Shown: positions 62,957-64,000 of the stretch, piece by piece
How positions within the stretch are numbered: the first letter of the stretch is position 1
Layout of the letters: each line of letters begins with the position of its first letter
Assembly: GCA_951406725.2 (NCBI GenBank)
Contig: OX597816.1
Span: 149,668,001-149,732,000, forward strand
Reading direction: 5' to 3'
From: Octopus vulgaris
Lineage: Eukaryota
Length of the DNA stretch: 64,000 bases
Program-made: the position numbers and the translations under genes
Notes under the pieces: generated by a model
The model's database searches: none
What the model was told of the DNA's origin: nothing
What the model saw: only the letters and a program-made list of their open reading frames with translations

Positions 62957-64000
62957 GTAAGTTCATTAAATAAACATCTTGGAAGCTGATGTACTCATTG
63001 AAGAGATCTCTAAGTAGATCAATGACCAAAAGAGTACAATATGAAAACCTGTGATGTGGAAATTCAAAAATGTTTTAAGAGATGAGATTTGTGGATTATC
63101 AGTTACCTATAAAAATATTTTGGCTCTCTACAAAAATGCTAAAGACTGAAGACGGAAACAATTATTTATAATCCAAATTTTGTGCTCTACACAACTGGGA
63201 AAGTATCGTGTGTGTGTGTATGTATATATGGAGGCAGGAATGGCAAAATGCTACATGGAACTTTGGTCAAGTGTCTTGTGTTATAGCCTTTGGTGAAGTC
63301 ATAGTCTTGTGAAGTGAAACTGGGTAAACAGATAGTGTAGAATCAGTGTAATTAAAGTGAGCAGCCTTGTCACACTTTTTCTGTTTGATTATTTTAAGAG
63401 TAGAAGTGTCTGCAGTTTACTTAACCATTTAGACTATAACTAATGAGTATTATTTTTCACTTGCTTTTCATGTTGGCATGGGCTGGACAGATCATTGTAG
63501 TCCAAGTCAATTATCAAATGTCACTGCCTTCCTTGAGGGTCAGAGGACTAAATCTCACTCATGCATCTTGTTTCCGTTTGCTTTCTATGGATGGACGTCT
63601 TCCTACCACCAACCATTTTACAGTATACTGAGTGCATTTTATCGTGGCACTAGAAAGGTTGTCATGTCTTCATCAAGGCCTGACTCAAGAGTCCTCTCAA
63701 CCATATTCTTTCTCTGCTCATTTGCCAGGCACTACCATGTACATTTTGTCTTGACACTAGTACAAGAAGATTGCCTTTTATTGTAAGAGTAATGCATACT
63801 CACAACTCTTAAGATATGCATGTTCACTCATGGCATTGTGAGTATAAAGATGCTTGGGTGAAAGCAAGCAATGCCCAAGAACTAGAATGGGTGGGTAAAG
63901 GGAGCAAGATATAGTAGAAACACATTATGTTTGGGGTGGAGTGAGGAAGAGAGGATGATGGGTAATAAGAGGTGAACAATGATAAGAGTGACAGATGATA

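Noticed and set aside
62957-64000. Next EDEM1 exon (expected to begin ...CGYA)
   Set aside because: No matching phase-2 exon found. It probably lies beyond the window.

Overview
AT-rich, CpG-depleted, repeat-dense animal genomic DNA. The repeat families look like those of an octopus or another coleoid cephalopod, which is my recognition and not a database result. The main gene is an EDEM1 orthologue (GH47 ER-degradation-enhancing alpha-mannosidase) on the + strand. Nine coding exons between 22198 and 62956 splice in frame with canonical GT-AG sites, intron 1 is about 20 kb, and the gene runs off the right edge. Its CpG-rich promoter carries UPR-type motifs and upstream ATGs. A second, unidentified gene appears to run divergently on the - strand: a first coding exon at 661-791 and candidate 5' exons in a CpG-rich zone at about 6.9-9.5 kb. 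Almost all other ORF-track entries are decayed transposon pieces or noise: RTE, CR1 and Penelope-like retroelements, tRNA-derived SINEs, Tc1/mariner, piggyBac, a hAT MITE and a Helitron-like element. The most striking structure is a near-perfect 119-bp foldback of mariner transposase sequence inside EDEM1 intron 1. Other oddities are a second foldback, many inverted retroelement tails, a 43/46-bp higher-order minisatellite and a CpG-rich LTR-like insert. I see no convincing wholly new multi-gene system.
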